DNA of 64,000 nt from a virus, in the IMG/VR virus record IMGVR_UViG_3300010883_026915, positions 1 to 64,000 of that record; one strand, 5' to 3'. A model generated the notes under the pieces. The model made no database searches and was not told the DNA's origin. It was given only the letters and a program-made list of their open reading frames with translations. A program made the translations under genes and the position numbers. Below are positions 10,180-19,344 of this stretch, piece after piece. Position 1 is the first letter of the stretch, and each line of letters starts with the position of its first letter.

Positions 10180-10899
10180 ATGATTGACAGGTTTAAAATA
10201 CTTGAAGGTAAAAATGTATTAGTAACTGGGGCAACTGGCGGAATAGGATTTTCAATTTGCAAGCTATTTTCATATTTTGGATCTAATGTTTTTGCAACTG
10301 GGAGAAATAAAGACAAGCTTAAATTACTTTCAAGAAGCATTCCAGACATAGTGACATATTGCTCTGATCTTTCTTCACTTAAATCGATTGAAGATTTAAA
10401 TAAAAAAGTATACAAAGATTCATCAGGAATTGATATACTTGTTAATAATGCAGGATTTTTTTCAATAGTCCCTATGGACAAGATTTCAAATATTGAGTAT
10501 AATAAATTTTTTAATATAAATGTAAGAGCTCCAATTCTACTTTCCAGTTTTCACTCTAGTTATATGAAAAATAAATTATGGGGAAGGATATTTAATATAG
10601 GTTCTTCATCTTGTTATAATGGAGGAAAGGATACATCACTTTACTGTTCATCAAAACACGCACTTCTAGGTTTTAGTAAATCGATATCTGATGAATTAAA
10701 AGACTATAATGTGAGAGTTGTGAATCTATCACCAAGTTCCACAAAAACAGATATGGGTAAAGTGCCACTTGTAACACCTCAAGACTATAATACTTTTATA
10801 AATCCAGATGAGATTGCAGAAATGCTAGTATTCCTATGCTGTTTTAATGATAATATGGAAGTTAGAGAGTTACTTTTAAACAGAGTAAGAGTTCAATGA
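10180..10899 (+). CDS. Short-chain dehydrogenase/reductase
   Basis: TGATGGIG, LVNNAG, YCSSK catalytic motif. Confidence 0.92.
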   Translation: MIDRFKILEGKNVLVTGATGGIGFSICKLFSYFGSNVFATGRNKDKLKLLSRSIPDIVTYCSDLSSLKSIEDLNKKVYKDSSGIDILVNNAGFFSIVPMDKISNIEYNKFFNINVRAPILLSSFHSSYMKNKLWGRIFNIGSSSCYNGGKDTSLYCSSKHALLGFSKSISDELKDYNVRVVNLSPSSTKTDMGKVPLVTPQDYNTFINPDEIAEMLVFLCCFNDNMEVRELLLNRVRVQ

Positions 10900-11318
10900 G
10901 TGTAACACTTAGACATATTGGCATTGCTACTGACAAAATTAATGAATCTATTGAGTTTTATTCAAAATTCTTTAATTTTACAATTGTCAATGATAATCAT
11001 GAATCTGGAAATTTTATAAATACAATTCTTGGAAAAAAATGTGAAGTTAGAACAGTAAAAATGACTAATGGAGATTTTATGATAGAGTTTCTACATTTTA
11101 ATTCTTTTCAAAATTCTAAATTTAATATATTCACACTAGGTTGTACACATTTTGCACTAACAGTTAGTGATGTAGACAATATCTTTTCCAGGCTATCTTT
11201 GGAAAATGTAGAGTTCATTAGCAAACCAAAGTTATCAGATACAAAATGTGCAAAAGTATGCTTTTTAAAAGATCCCAATAACAATATTTTTATAGAACTG
11301 GTCGAAGAAATCATATAG
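10896..11318 (+). CDS. VOC/glyoxalase-family protein
   Basis: RHIGIAT...FY, THFALTVSD, FLKDPNNNIFIELVE. Confidence 0.85.
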   Translation: MSVTLRHIGIATDKINESIEFYSKFFNFTIVNDNHESGNFINTILGKKCEVRTVKMTNGDFMIEFLHFNSFQNSKFNIFTLGCTHFALTVSDVDNIFSRLSLENVEFISKPKLSDTKCAKVCFLKDPNNNIFIELVEEII

Positions 11319-11319
11319 C

Positions 11320-12099
11320 ATGAAATTAGGAATAATTCAAGGAAGATTATCACAGCCAGTTCATGGTCATCAAACAACACCTGAAAATTGGCAAAAAGAA
11401 TTTGATATTTTAAAAAAGCTAGGACTGAACCACATAGAGTGGAATATTGACAATAATAAACTTTTTAAAAACCCAATTTTGATATCAGATATAGATTTAA
11501 AAATAATAGAAAAAATTTCCTCTATATGTTTTGATAATTTAGTTACAGATAGAGTATATGATGAAGATTTTTTAAATTTAAACTTGACTAACATTGTTGA
11601 ATTGCTATATACAAAAAATATTTTATCTATAACAATACCATTAGTTGAATCAGCTACTATAAAAAATAGCTCAGATGTATCAAAAATAAGGGCGGCTCTT
11701 GACAATATTTTTGAAAAGTATCCAGAGCTAATAGTCAATATTGAATCTGATGCAAGAATATCTCTTGTATCAGAAGTGCTAGGTTCAAATAAAAATATCA
11801 GATTTACATATGATACTGGTAATATTACAGCATCAAATTTTAATCATGAGAGATACATTGATGCTATTTTTGATAAAATAAATAATATTCATCTTAAAGA
11901 TAGAGTTTATAATCATGGTCCTTCTGTACAATACGGTATGGGAGATACAGATTTTGATGCTATCTTTTCTCAACTTTCAGAATTAAAATATAATAATCTT
12001 TTTACCTTGCAAATGATAAGAGGTGAGACGGGAAAAGAGATGGAATATATTACTGACTTATCTAAAATTTTTAGGAGATTACATGAAAAATATTTTTAG
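11320..12099 (+). CDS. TIM-barrel sugar-phosphate isomerase/epimerase (xylose-isomerase-like fold)
   Basis: MKLGIIQGRLS, HIEW, YDTGN, IHLKDR, GDTDF. Confidence 0.85.
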   Translation: MKLGIIQGRLSQPVHGHQTTPENWQKEFDILKKLGLNHIEWNIDNNKLFKNPILISDIDLKIIEKISSICFDNLVTDRVYDEDFLNLNLTNIVELLYTKNILSITIPLVESATIKNSSDVSKIRAALDNIFEKYPELIVNIESDARISLVSEVLGSNKNIRFTYDTGNITASNFNHERYIDAIFDKINNIHLKDRVYNHGPSVQYGMGDTDFDAIFSQLSELKYNNLFTLQMIRGETGKEMEYITDLSKIFRRLHEKYF

Positions 12100-12901
12100 T
12101 CTAACAGGAAAGGTTGCACTAATAACTGGTGCAGGAGGGCTTCTCGGTCCTAAGCATGCAGAAGCAATACTTGATTATGGCGGAAAGGTAATTTTGACTG
12201 ATCATCATGCTGATCGAGTTAAGGAGAAGGAAGACCAGCTAAATCAAAAATATGGCGAAGGCTCTGCAATTTCATATCACATGGATGTAACAGACCCACA
12301 TTCAGTTAGCACAATTGTTAATCTAGTTGATAGAATAGACATTCTCATTAATAATGCTGCAAAAGATCCCAAAGTGAAAAAAGGCGAAAGTCTAACACCT
12401 TCTAGTAGATTTGAAACAATGACACCAGAATACTGGAATCAAGGTATTGATGCAGCTCTTAACGGAACCTTTTATTGTTCTCAGGCAGTTGCAAATAAAA
12501 TGATATCACAAAGAATAGAAGGTGTGATTCTTAATATAGCTTCTGATCTAGGTGTAATAGCACCCGATCAGAGAATATACAGAAAGCCAGATACACCTGA
12601 AGATATGCAAAATGTAAAGCCGATAACATACTCTGCAGCAAAATGGGCAATTGTAGGAATGACAAAGTACATGGGAGTATATTTCGCTAAGCAGGGAATA
12701 AGAGTCAACTGCCTAAGCCCAACTGGTGTTTATAATGATCATCCGGAAGAATTTGTTAAAAAGTTATCAAATATTATTCCAATGGGAAGAATGGCAGATA
12801 TTAATGAGTACAAAGGAGCAATAGTATTTCTATGCTCAGATGCTAGCTCTTATATGACTGGTGAAAATATGGTTATTGATGGAGGAAAAACAGTATGGTA
12901 G
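12083..12901 (+). CDS. SDR oxidoreductase of the PtmA/flagellin-modification type
   Basis: ITGAGGLLG, LINNAA, YSAAK, IPMGRMA...EYKGAIVFL, DGG. An AGGAG RBS supports the ATG at 12083. Confidence 0.88.
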   Translation: MKNIFSLTGKVALITGAGGLLGPKHAEAILDYGGKVILTDHHADRVKEKEDQLNQKYGEGSAISYHMDVTDPHSVSTIVNLVDRIDILINNAAKDPKVKKGESLTPSSRFETMTPEYWNQGIDAALNGTFYCSQAVANKMISQRIEGVILNIASDLGVIAPDQRIYRKPDTPEDMQNVKPITYSAAKWAIVGMTKYMGVYFAKQGIRVNCLSPTGVYNDHPEEFVKKLSNIIPMGRMADINEYKGAIVFLCSDASSYMTGENMVIDGGKTVW

Positions 12902-13266
12902 ATAAATCAAAACTTCACAGTCCTATCAAATTTGTTAAAAAGGGCTGGGGCTATGAAAAATGGATTGTTAATAAGTCACTTTATTGCGGAAAGCTTTTAT
13001 TTTTCATTTCAGGAAAAAAGTGCTCATGGCACTATCATGTTAATAAAGATGAAGTATTCTATTTACAATCAGGAAGAATGATAGTGCGATATTCAGATGA
13101 GGACTCGCTAGAGACAGCAGAAGAAATTATGCTGGAGCCTGGCATGAATTTCTACATCTATCCTGGATTGAGACATCAAATGGAAGCCCTTGAAAATTCT
13201 GAGCTCTATGAATTTTCAACAGAACACTTTGATGAAGATAGTCATAGAGTTGTAAAAGGCGACTAG
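12895..13266 (+). CDS. Cupin (mannose-6-phosphate isomerase / sugar isomerase-like)
   Basis: KGWGYEKW, SWHYH..KDEVFY, PGLRH cupin metal motifs. Confidence 0.85.
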   Translation: MVDKSKLHSPIKFVKKGWGYEKWIVNKSLYCGKLLFFISGKKCSWHYHVNKDEVFYLQSGRMIVRYSDEDSLETAEEIMLEPGMNFYIYPGLRHQMEALENSELYEFSTEHFDEDSHRVVKGD

Positions 13267-13968
13267 ATGAAAGATATAAAAGATATATGCTTTATAATAC
13301 AGGCAAGACTTAGCTCTGAAAGAGTCCCTAGAAAGATGATGAAACCTTTTGGAGAAACAACACTTGTCGATATAGCATGTAAAAAAATAAATAAATCAAA
13401 AATAATACCGAGAGAAAATTTCTTTTTCTCTGCATATGATAAAGAGATAAAAGATGTAGTAGAAAAAAATAATTTACAAATATTTCATAGAAGCAAAGCT
13501 TCTGCATTTTCTGAAGGACCGATGCAAGAAGTTATGGAATATCATGATAAGCTAAATTTCAAATATTCTGTAGTGATTAGTGCATGCTGCCCAATGCTCT
13601 CTATAGAGTCTATTGATAGTTTTGTTAGGCACTATGTAGATTCTCCGCACGACGGTTTGTTTGCCGTAGTAGAAAAGAAAAATTATTTCTGGGATAGTAG
13701 AATGGAAATGATAACTGAGTGGCCAGATTGTGATGTTCTTAATACAAAAAAAGTAGGAGTAACATATGAGGCAGCACACTGCTTGTATGCTGGGAAAATG
13801 GATACCATAAGATCAGGAATATGGATGGCACCTGTGCCATTTAGTAAAAACAAGCCAGAGCTTTTTGCTATTCCAGAAGATGAAACATTTGATATTGATT
13901 ATAATTGGCAATTTAAAGTTGCAGAATCAATTTATTTAAATGGAATCAAGGATAGCTTTTGTGAATAG
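13267..13968 (+). CDS. NeuA/KdsB-family acylneuraminate cytidylyltransferase
   Basis: IIQARLSSERVPRKMMKPF, CCPML, FDIDY. Confidence 0.85.
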   Translation: MKDIKDICFIIQARLSSERVPRKMMKPFGETTLVDIACKKINKSKIIPRENFFFSAYDKEIKDVVEKNNLQIFHRSKASAFSEGPMQEVMEYHDKLNFKYSVVISACCPMLSIESIDSFVRHYVDSPHDGLFAVVEKKNYFWDSRMEMITEWPDCDVLNTKKVGVTYEAAHCLYAGKMDTIRSGIWMAPVPFSKNKPELFAIPEDETFDIDYNWQFKVAESIYLNGIKDSFCE

Positions 13969-14710
13969 TTTTAAAGATATGAAAGGCTGCTTTAGCGACA
14001 AGAAAGCTCTTATCATTGGAAATGGACCATCACTAGACAATATAGATTTTGATCTATTAAAAGGAGATGACAATATTGTAACTTTTTCTACAAACCAGAT
14101 TGCAGATATTTGTAAAAAAAATATATGGTTTCCAGATTTTTATACTTCTTTTTTCTGTGGACCATTGAGAGGAAGATCATATTCTTTCTCTGATGGAACT
14201 TTAATAAACTACAACGGATCATATGAAAAAGCACTAGAAGCACAAGAGGATATAAAATACATAGTAGAAAATGAAAAAACTACTTGCTTTATTCATGAGT
14301 GGTATCATAAATTTATTTCCAAATCAAATAATACAAGATTTATAAAGCCGCAACTTTGGAATAGACATACACATTTCCCAGAGAATGGATTCGAAAAATT
14401 TAAGATACCTGATAATTTTCTATGGCATAATGCAACAACCCCGCTATTTCAATTATGTTTCTTTTTTGGATTTAAAAAAATTGCTATAATAGGCCAGGAT
14501 GGATATAAAATAGATAGGGAGAATCATTTTTCTAACTATAGAGGTAATGAAGGTACAAATTTTGAACGTGCAAATAGCTCAATAAACTTACTTCACAATG
14601 CTGTCTACTTTTATGCACAAAAAAATAAAATTGATACATTCAACTTGTCAAACATTTCTATATTAAACCAGCATACTAATATTGACCTAGAAAAGTTCGC
14701 AAGTCTATAA
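13940..14710 (+). CDS. Maf/DUF115/GT42-like protein (candidate CMP-nonulosonate transferase)
   Basis: ALIIGNGPSL, FSTN, FFGFKKIAIIGQD, HF..Y, NLS motifs shared with CstII/Maf-type folds. Confidence 0.7.
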   Translation: MESRIAFVNSFKDMKGCFSDKKALIIGNGPSLDNIDFDLLKGDDNIVTFSTNQIADICKKNIWFPDFYTSFFCGPLRGRSYSFSDGTLINYNGSYEKALEAQEDIKYIVENEKTTCFIHEWYHKFISKSNNTRFIKPQLWNRHTHFPENGFEKFKIPDNFLWHNATTPLFQLCFFFGFKKIAIIGQDGYKIDRENHFSNYRGNEGTNFERANSSINLLHNAVYFYAQKNKIDTFNLSNISILNQHTNIDLEKFASL

Positions 14711-14732
14711 GAATAAAGGAGTTATAGGATAA

Positions 14733-15503
14733 ATGTTTAATAGAAATATTTTTCAAGAAATAGATCTTGATAAAGACTACAGAAGTATTATTGAAGGAAA
14801 GACTATTGCAATAGTTGGACCAGCAAGCTATTTAGAGAAATCCAAGCTTGGAAATGAAATAGATAGCCATGATTTAGTAATAAGGATAAACAGGGGTTGC
14901 GAGTTAATAGGTAAATATTCTGAAGATATAGGTGTAAAAACAGATGTACTTTACTCATGCCTAATAGAGAAACCTGAGAATGCAGGAAAGATAGACATAG
15001 ATGCTTTAAAAGAAGACTACGGTATAAAGTATTTATGCACAACACCCCCACCGCAGCAAGACGGTACATCACTTGTTACAGATATACATCCTATGATAGA
15101 TAGAGATAAGTTTAATAAAATTTCAAAATCTATCCCGACAAGAATAGTTGATCATATATTCTGGAGCTCAATTGCTAGAGAGATAAAATCTAGGCCTACT
15201 ACTGGGTATGTTGCAATATTTGACCAAATGAGATTTAATCCTGCAAGTATTTCTGTATATGGCTATAGCTTTTATCTAACAGGAATTTTAAAAGGATATA
15301 AAGATGGAATAGTTGGAACTACAGAGTCTGAATTGTGTGAAAAGTCATTTAAGTCTCAGAGGCACAATCAGGAAAACATGTGGTTATATGCAAAAAAACA
15401 ACTTCTAAAAAACCCAAATGTAAATTTAGATTTAAATCTTTATAATATCCTTAGTATGAAAACTTTTGATAAAAATAATGATATTATAAGCGGTATAATA
15501 TAA
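14733..15503 (+). CDS. GT29-like sialyltransferase
   Basis: Sialylmotif-L-like IAIVGPASYL...GNEIDSHDLVIRINRG...DIGVKTD; motif-S-like PTTG...VYGYSF; C-terminal His (HNQENM). Confidence 0.8.
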   Translation: MFNRNIFQEIDLDKDYRSIIEGKTIAIVGPASYLEKSKLGNEIDSHDLVIRINRGCELIGKYSEDIGVKTDVLYSCLIEKPENAGKIDIDALKEDYGIKYLCTTPPPQQDGTSLVTDIHPMIDRDKFNKISKSIPTRIVDHIFWSSIAREIKSRPTTGYVAIFDQMRFNPASISVYGYSFYLTGILKGYKDGIVGTTESELCEKSFKSQRHNQENMWLYAKKQLLKNPNVNLDLNLYNILSMKTFDKNNDIISGII

Positions 15504-15519
15504 ACTAAAAGGATTTATT

Positions 15520-16125
15520 ATGAATATGAAAATTAATTTTGAAAATATAGAAAAGAGATGTTTTGATGCAATTGCTTCTAGTGAGTATAAAGAGCTAGTA
15601 TTAAAAGTTTCAAAGGCAAAGAGAATCTTTTTGCTTGGAAATGGTGGTCTGCACTTTGTAGCTAGCCACATGGCAACAGATCTTTCAAGATTAATACCCG
15701 ATAAATCTGTATATTCTTTTGATAGTGTTGGGTTTATTACTTCAAATGCAAATGATCATGGATTTGAACAACTTTTTGTCAGGTGGCTGGAGACAATAGC
15801 ATCTATTGAAAATCCGGAAGAGTGCCTTGTAATAGGAATGTCATGTTCTGGAAATTCTTCAAATGTTATTAATGCTCTTCATTGGGCAAGTGATAGAAGC
15901 ATAGATACATTTATGGTATCTGGGCAGAAGTCAGATATACTTAGACAGTGTGTCTCTGAAATGAGTTTTGAATGTGAGTATTTTCACACAGTAGAAGTCA
16001 TGTGTATGATTATATTTTATGATCTCATTCATCAGACAGATAACAAGTGTCCATCAATAAGAGGCGAAAAAGCTAGACTTAAAGATTCATCATTACGAGG
16101 TGCAATTGAGTCAAAAGAAGAGTAG
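15520..16125 (+). CDS. SIS-domain sugar-phosphate isomerase (GmhA-like)
   Basis: LGNGG...ASHMATD, TSNANDHGFEQLF, MSCSGNSSNV. Confidence 0.82.
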   Translation: MNMKINFENIEKRCFDAIASSEYKELVLKVSKAKRIFLLGNGGLHFVASHMATDLSRLIPDKSVYSFDSVGFITSNANDHGFEQLFVRWLETIASIENPEECLVIGMSCSGNSSNVINALHWASDRSIDTFMVSGQKSDILRQCVSEMSFECEYFHTVEVMCMIIFYDLIHQTDNKCPSIRGEKARLKDSSLRGAIESKEE

Positions 16126-17245
16126 TATAGAAAAAGTTATAATGATACCAGCTCGTGCCGGTAGCAAGAGAATTAAGAAAAAAAACATTAGGCTTCTTAG
16201 TGGCAAGCCGCTTATATCATATGCTATTAAGGCTTCCCTAGAGACAGGGCTTAAGGTTTATGTAAATTCTGACTGTGAAGTTATTCTAAAGCTAGCTGCG
16301 GATATGGGATGTATACCGTATAGAAGAGATGACTCACTATGCACAGACTTTTCTACAAATGATGAGTTTATGAATGACTTTATAGATAATATAAAATCAG
16401 AGTATGTTTTACAGATTCTTCCAACGTCGCCGTTTATAACAAGAGATGAAATATTAAATTTTTCAAAAGAGATGAATAATTTTGATACACTTATTTCAGT
16501 TAAGGATGCACAGATTGGATGTGTATATAATAGTAACCCTGTAAACTTTGACAAAACTAAGCAAAACCCGCCTTCACAGGAAATAGAGCCAGTAAAGATA
16601 TATGCAACGTCTTTAATGGGATGGAAATGTTCAACATTTAAAGATAATATGTCAATGTTTGGTTGTGCATATCATGGCGGAAGTAAAAATACTGGATATT
16701 TTACACTTACAGGATGGTCTACTGTAGATATAGATAATGAGTCTGATTTTATGATTGCTGAGTCTATAGCACAGATGATACCATTTGAAAAATTATACAA
16801 GCCATCATATCATGAACCAGAAACTTATTCTGACGATTTTGTTCCAAGGGTTTTAAAACAAGACGGAATACATGATGGAAATCCATCAACACCAAATAAA
16901 AACATAATATCAGTTACAAATCTTATGAATAGTGGAGTTGATAAAAGTGCATGGTATCATACCCTTGTAGATACTGAGAATAATTCATGTACTCTAATAA
17001 ACCAGATGCCTGGTGAGGGAAATAGACGTCATTACCATGCAAAATGGAATGAGTGGTGGTATATTCTTAGGGGAGAGTGGAAATTTGAAATAGGCGACGA
17101 TATTCACAAAGTAAAATCTGGTGATCTTGTTTTTATAGAAAAGGGCCACCGCCATAAAATAACTGCAGCTGGAGATAAAATTGCATCAAGGCTTGCTGTA
17201 TCCAGATATGATGTAGAGCACATATATAGAAAAGATGAAATATGA
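16100..17245 (+). CDS. neuA: NeuA-type cytidylyltransferase fused to a C-terminal cupin
   Basis: IPARAGSKRIKKKNIRLL, PTSPF, VDIDNESDF; cupin HYH...EWWY...G..W...H. The start may be the TTG at 16106. Confidence 0.85.
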   Translation: MQLSQKKSSIEKVIMIPARAGSKRIKKKNIRLLSGKPLISYAIKASLETGLKVYVNSDCEVILKLAADMGCIPYRRDDSLCTDFSTNDEFMNDFIDNIKSEYVLQILPTSPFITRDEILNFSKEMNNFDTLISVKDAQIGCVYNSNPVNFDKTKQNPPSQEIEPVKIYATSLMGWKCSTFKDNMSMFGCAYHGGSKNTGYFTLTGWSTVDIDNESDFMIAESIAQMIPFEKLYKPSYHEPETYSDDFVPRVLKQDGIHDGNPSTPNKNIISVTNLMNSGVDKSAWYHTLVDTENNSCTLINQMPGEGNRRHYHAKWNEWWYILRGEWKFEIGDDIHKVKSGDLVFIEKGHRHKITAAGDKIASRLAVSRYDVEHIYRKDEI

Positions 17246-17952
17246 AAATAGATTATTTGGGAAAAAAAGTTCTTGTAACTGGTGGAACTAGGGGAATTGG
17301 AAAAAGCCTTGTTGATAATTTTAAAAATCTCGGCGCAAGTGTCTGGTATACAGGAAGAAAACTAGACTTAAATGAAAAAGGTTATATTCAGGTAGATTTT
17401 TCAAAAAAACGTCAAATGGAAAAATTTCTTAAAAAAATAGCAAGTATTGACTTTGACGTTGTAATAAACAATGCGGGTACAAACAAAATTGGACCAATTG
17501 AAGAGTATAGTGAAAATGACTATAGCTTGATTATTGATTTAAATCTAACATCATGTTTTAAGATAATGAAAGCTGTCATTCCGGGAATGAAGGCAAGGGG
17601 TTACGGAAGAATAGTTAACATTACATCTATATCTAGTGAGATTAGTATGCCACTGAGAACAGCTTATTGCTCAAGTAAGTTTGGACTAGTTGGGTTAACA
17701 AAAGCAGCTGCAGTAGAATCTGCAAGACATGGAATTCTTATAAACTCCGTGGGACCGGGAGTTACAGAAACTGAATTAACAGTAGATATTCTCGGAAAAG
17801 ATAAGATGGCTGAAATAGCTAAAAATATTCCGGCAGGAAGGCTAGCATGTGTTCAAGATATAGCATCTACTGTAATGTTTGTCGCTAGTGATCTTAATTC
17901 TTATATTGTAGGTCAAAATATTCTTGTTGACGGAGGTTACACGTGTGTCTAG
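17242..17952 (+). CDS. Short-chain dehydrogenase/reductase (FabG-like)
   Basis: TGGTRGIG, NNAG, YCSSK, GQNILVDGG. Confidence 0.92.
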   Translation: MKIDYLGKKVLVTGGTRGIGKSLVDNFKNLGASVWYTGRKLDLNEKGYIQVDFSKKRQMEKFLKKIASIDFDVVINNAGTNKIGPIEEYSENDYSLIIDLNLTSCFKIMKAVIPGMKARGYGRIVNITSISSEISMPLRTAYCSSKFGLVGLTKAAAVESARHGILINSVGPGVTETELTVDILGKDKMAEIAKNIPAGRLACVQDIASTVMFVASDLNSYIVGQNILVDGGYTCV

Positions 17953-19027
17953 TATAATATCAATTAAATCGTATATTGGTAAGTACACTGTATCTGTATA
18001 TGATACAGAGCAATGTAAAAATGCACGATCTCAAGCTCTAGAAAAGCTTTCTTGTAATACTTTTTTAGTAATTGATAGAAAGGTAGCTAGTCTATATCCA
18101 GAGATTACTGAATACTGGAGTGATAATAACATTCATAAAATAGATGCTCTTGAATCAAATAAAGAGCTAGCGACATGCGAAATTTTATTAAAAAAATTAA
18201 ATGATGCTTCTTTTAAAAAAAATATGAAATTAGTTGCAATTGGCGGCGGAATTATACAGGATATTACTTCGTTTACAGCTTCAATATTATATAGAGGTGT
18301 TGATTGGATTTTTATACCTACAACACTTTTGGCCCAGGCAGATAGTTGTATCGGCAGCAAAACTTCTATTAATTTTAATGGAGCTAAAAATATTTTAGGA
18401 AATTTCTACCCACCTATGGAGGTTTACTGTTTTACGGATTTTCTTAGCTCACTGTCTAAGAATGATATAAAAAGCGGAATAGGAGAAATATTACACTATT
18501 ATATTGTCGACAATAGTCAGCATTCTAAAGAAATTATAAGAGATTATGATAAAATTCTAGAAAATCCTGGAGTAATATATTCTCACATTTTAGAAAGTCT
18601 GTCAATTAAAAAGAGAATGATTGAAATAGATGAGTTTGATAAAAAACAGCGAAGGATTTTTAATTATGGACATACTTTTGGGCATGCAATAGAGGTGTTA
18701 AGTGACTTTAAAATCTCACACGGACAGGCTGTCACACTGGGCATGGATATTGCAAACTTTGTTTCATTCTCACTGGGGATGATACCGATCGAGAGATATA
18801 AATCTTTATGTGAGATTTTATCAAAAAATATTCCTATCTTTAGAATAGAAAGTAAAAAAATAGATGATTTTATTAGACTGCTTCAAAAAGATAAAAAAAG
18901 TATAAAGGACAATATTGTTTGTATACTTCCTGTTGGAGATAGTGATGTATCAGTTATAACAATTTCACATATTGATACATTAAGATCTCTAATAAAAGAG
19001 TATACAATGCTAAGTGTAGAGATTTGA
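17945..19027 (+). CDS. AroB/3-dehydroquinate-synthase-related sugar-phosphate cyclase
   Basis: AIGGGIIQD, PTTLLAQADSCIGSKT, KN..G.FYPP, SGIGE, NYGHTFGHAIE, HGQAV, DKK. The GTG at 17945 follows GGAGG (the ORF track starts at 17924). Confidence 0.88.
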   Translation: MSSIISIKSYIGKYTVSVYDTEQCKNARSQALEKLSCNTFLVIDRKVASLYPEITEYWSDNNIHKIDALESNKELATCEILLKKLNDASFKKNMKLVAIGGGIIQDITSFTASILYRGVDWIFIPTTLLAQADSCIGSKTSINFNGAKNILGNFYPPMEVYCFTDFLSSLSKNDIKSGIGEILHYYIVDNSQHSKEIIRDYDKILENPGVIYSHILESLSIKKRMIEIDEFDKKQRRIFNYGHTFGHAIEVLSDFKISHGQAVTLGMDIANFVSFSLGMIPIERYKSLCEILSKNIPIFRIESKKIDDFIRLLQKDKKSIKDNIVCILPVGDSDVSVITISHIDTLRSLIKEYTMLSVEI

Positions 19028-19341
19028 TGAAAGTTTATGTAGACATAGATGAGACAATATGCTATTATGATGGATTGCGAGAATATGAGCTTGCTATCCC
19101 AATTAGGAAAAATATTAAAAAAGTTAACAAGCTCTTTGAAGAAGGTCATGAGATAACATACTGGACAGCAAGAGGATCTACAACAGGAATTGACTGGTAC
19201 AATATTACAAAAGATCAGTTAGAAAAATGGAATTGCAAGTATCACATATTAAGTGTGGGTGAAAAACCAGATTACGATATTTTAATATGTGATAAAGCAC
19301 ACAACTCAAAATCTTTTTTTAGCAACTTAGACGACGGATAA
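19024..19341 (+). CDS. Small capless HAD-superfamily phosphatase
   Basis: VDIDETIC (DxDxT), WTARG, KP.YD...DK. Confidence 0.85.
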   Translation: MMKVYVDIDETICYYDGLREYELAIPIRKNIKKVNKLFEEGHEITYWTARGSTTGIDWYNITKDQLEKWNCKYHILSVGEKPDYDILICDKAHNSKSFFSNLDDG

Positions 19342-19344
19342 AAC

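Noticed and set aside
17945-19027. aroB as a shikimate-pathway auxiliary metabolic gene
   Set aside because: No other aro genes in the window and it is embedded among sugar-nucleotide genes, so the symbol was withheld.
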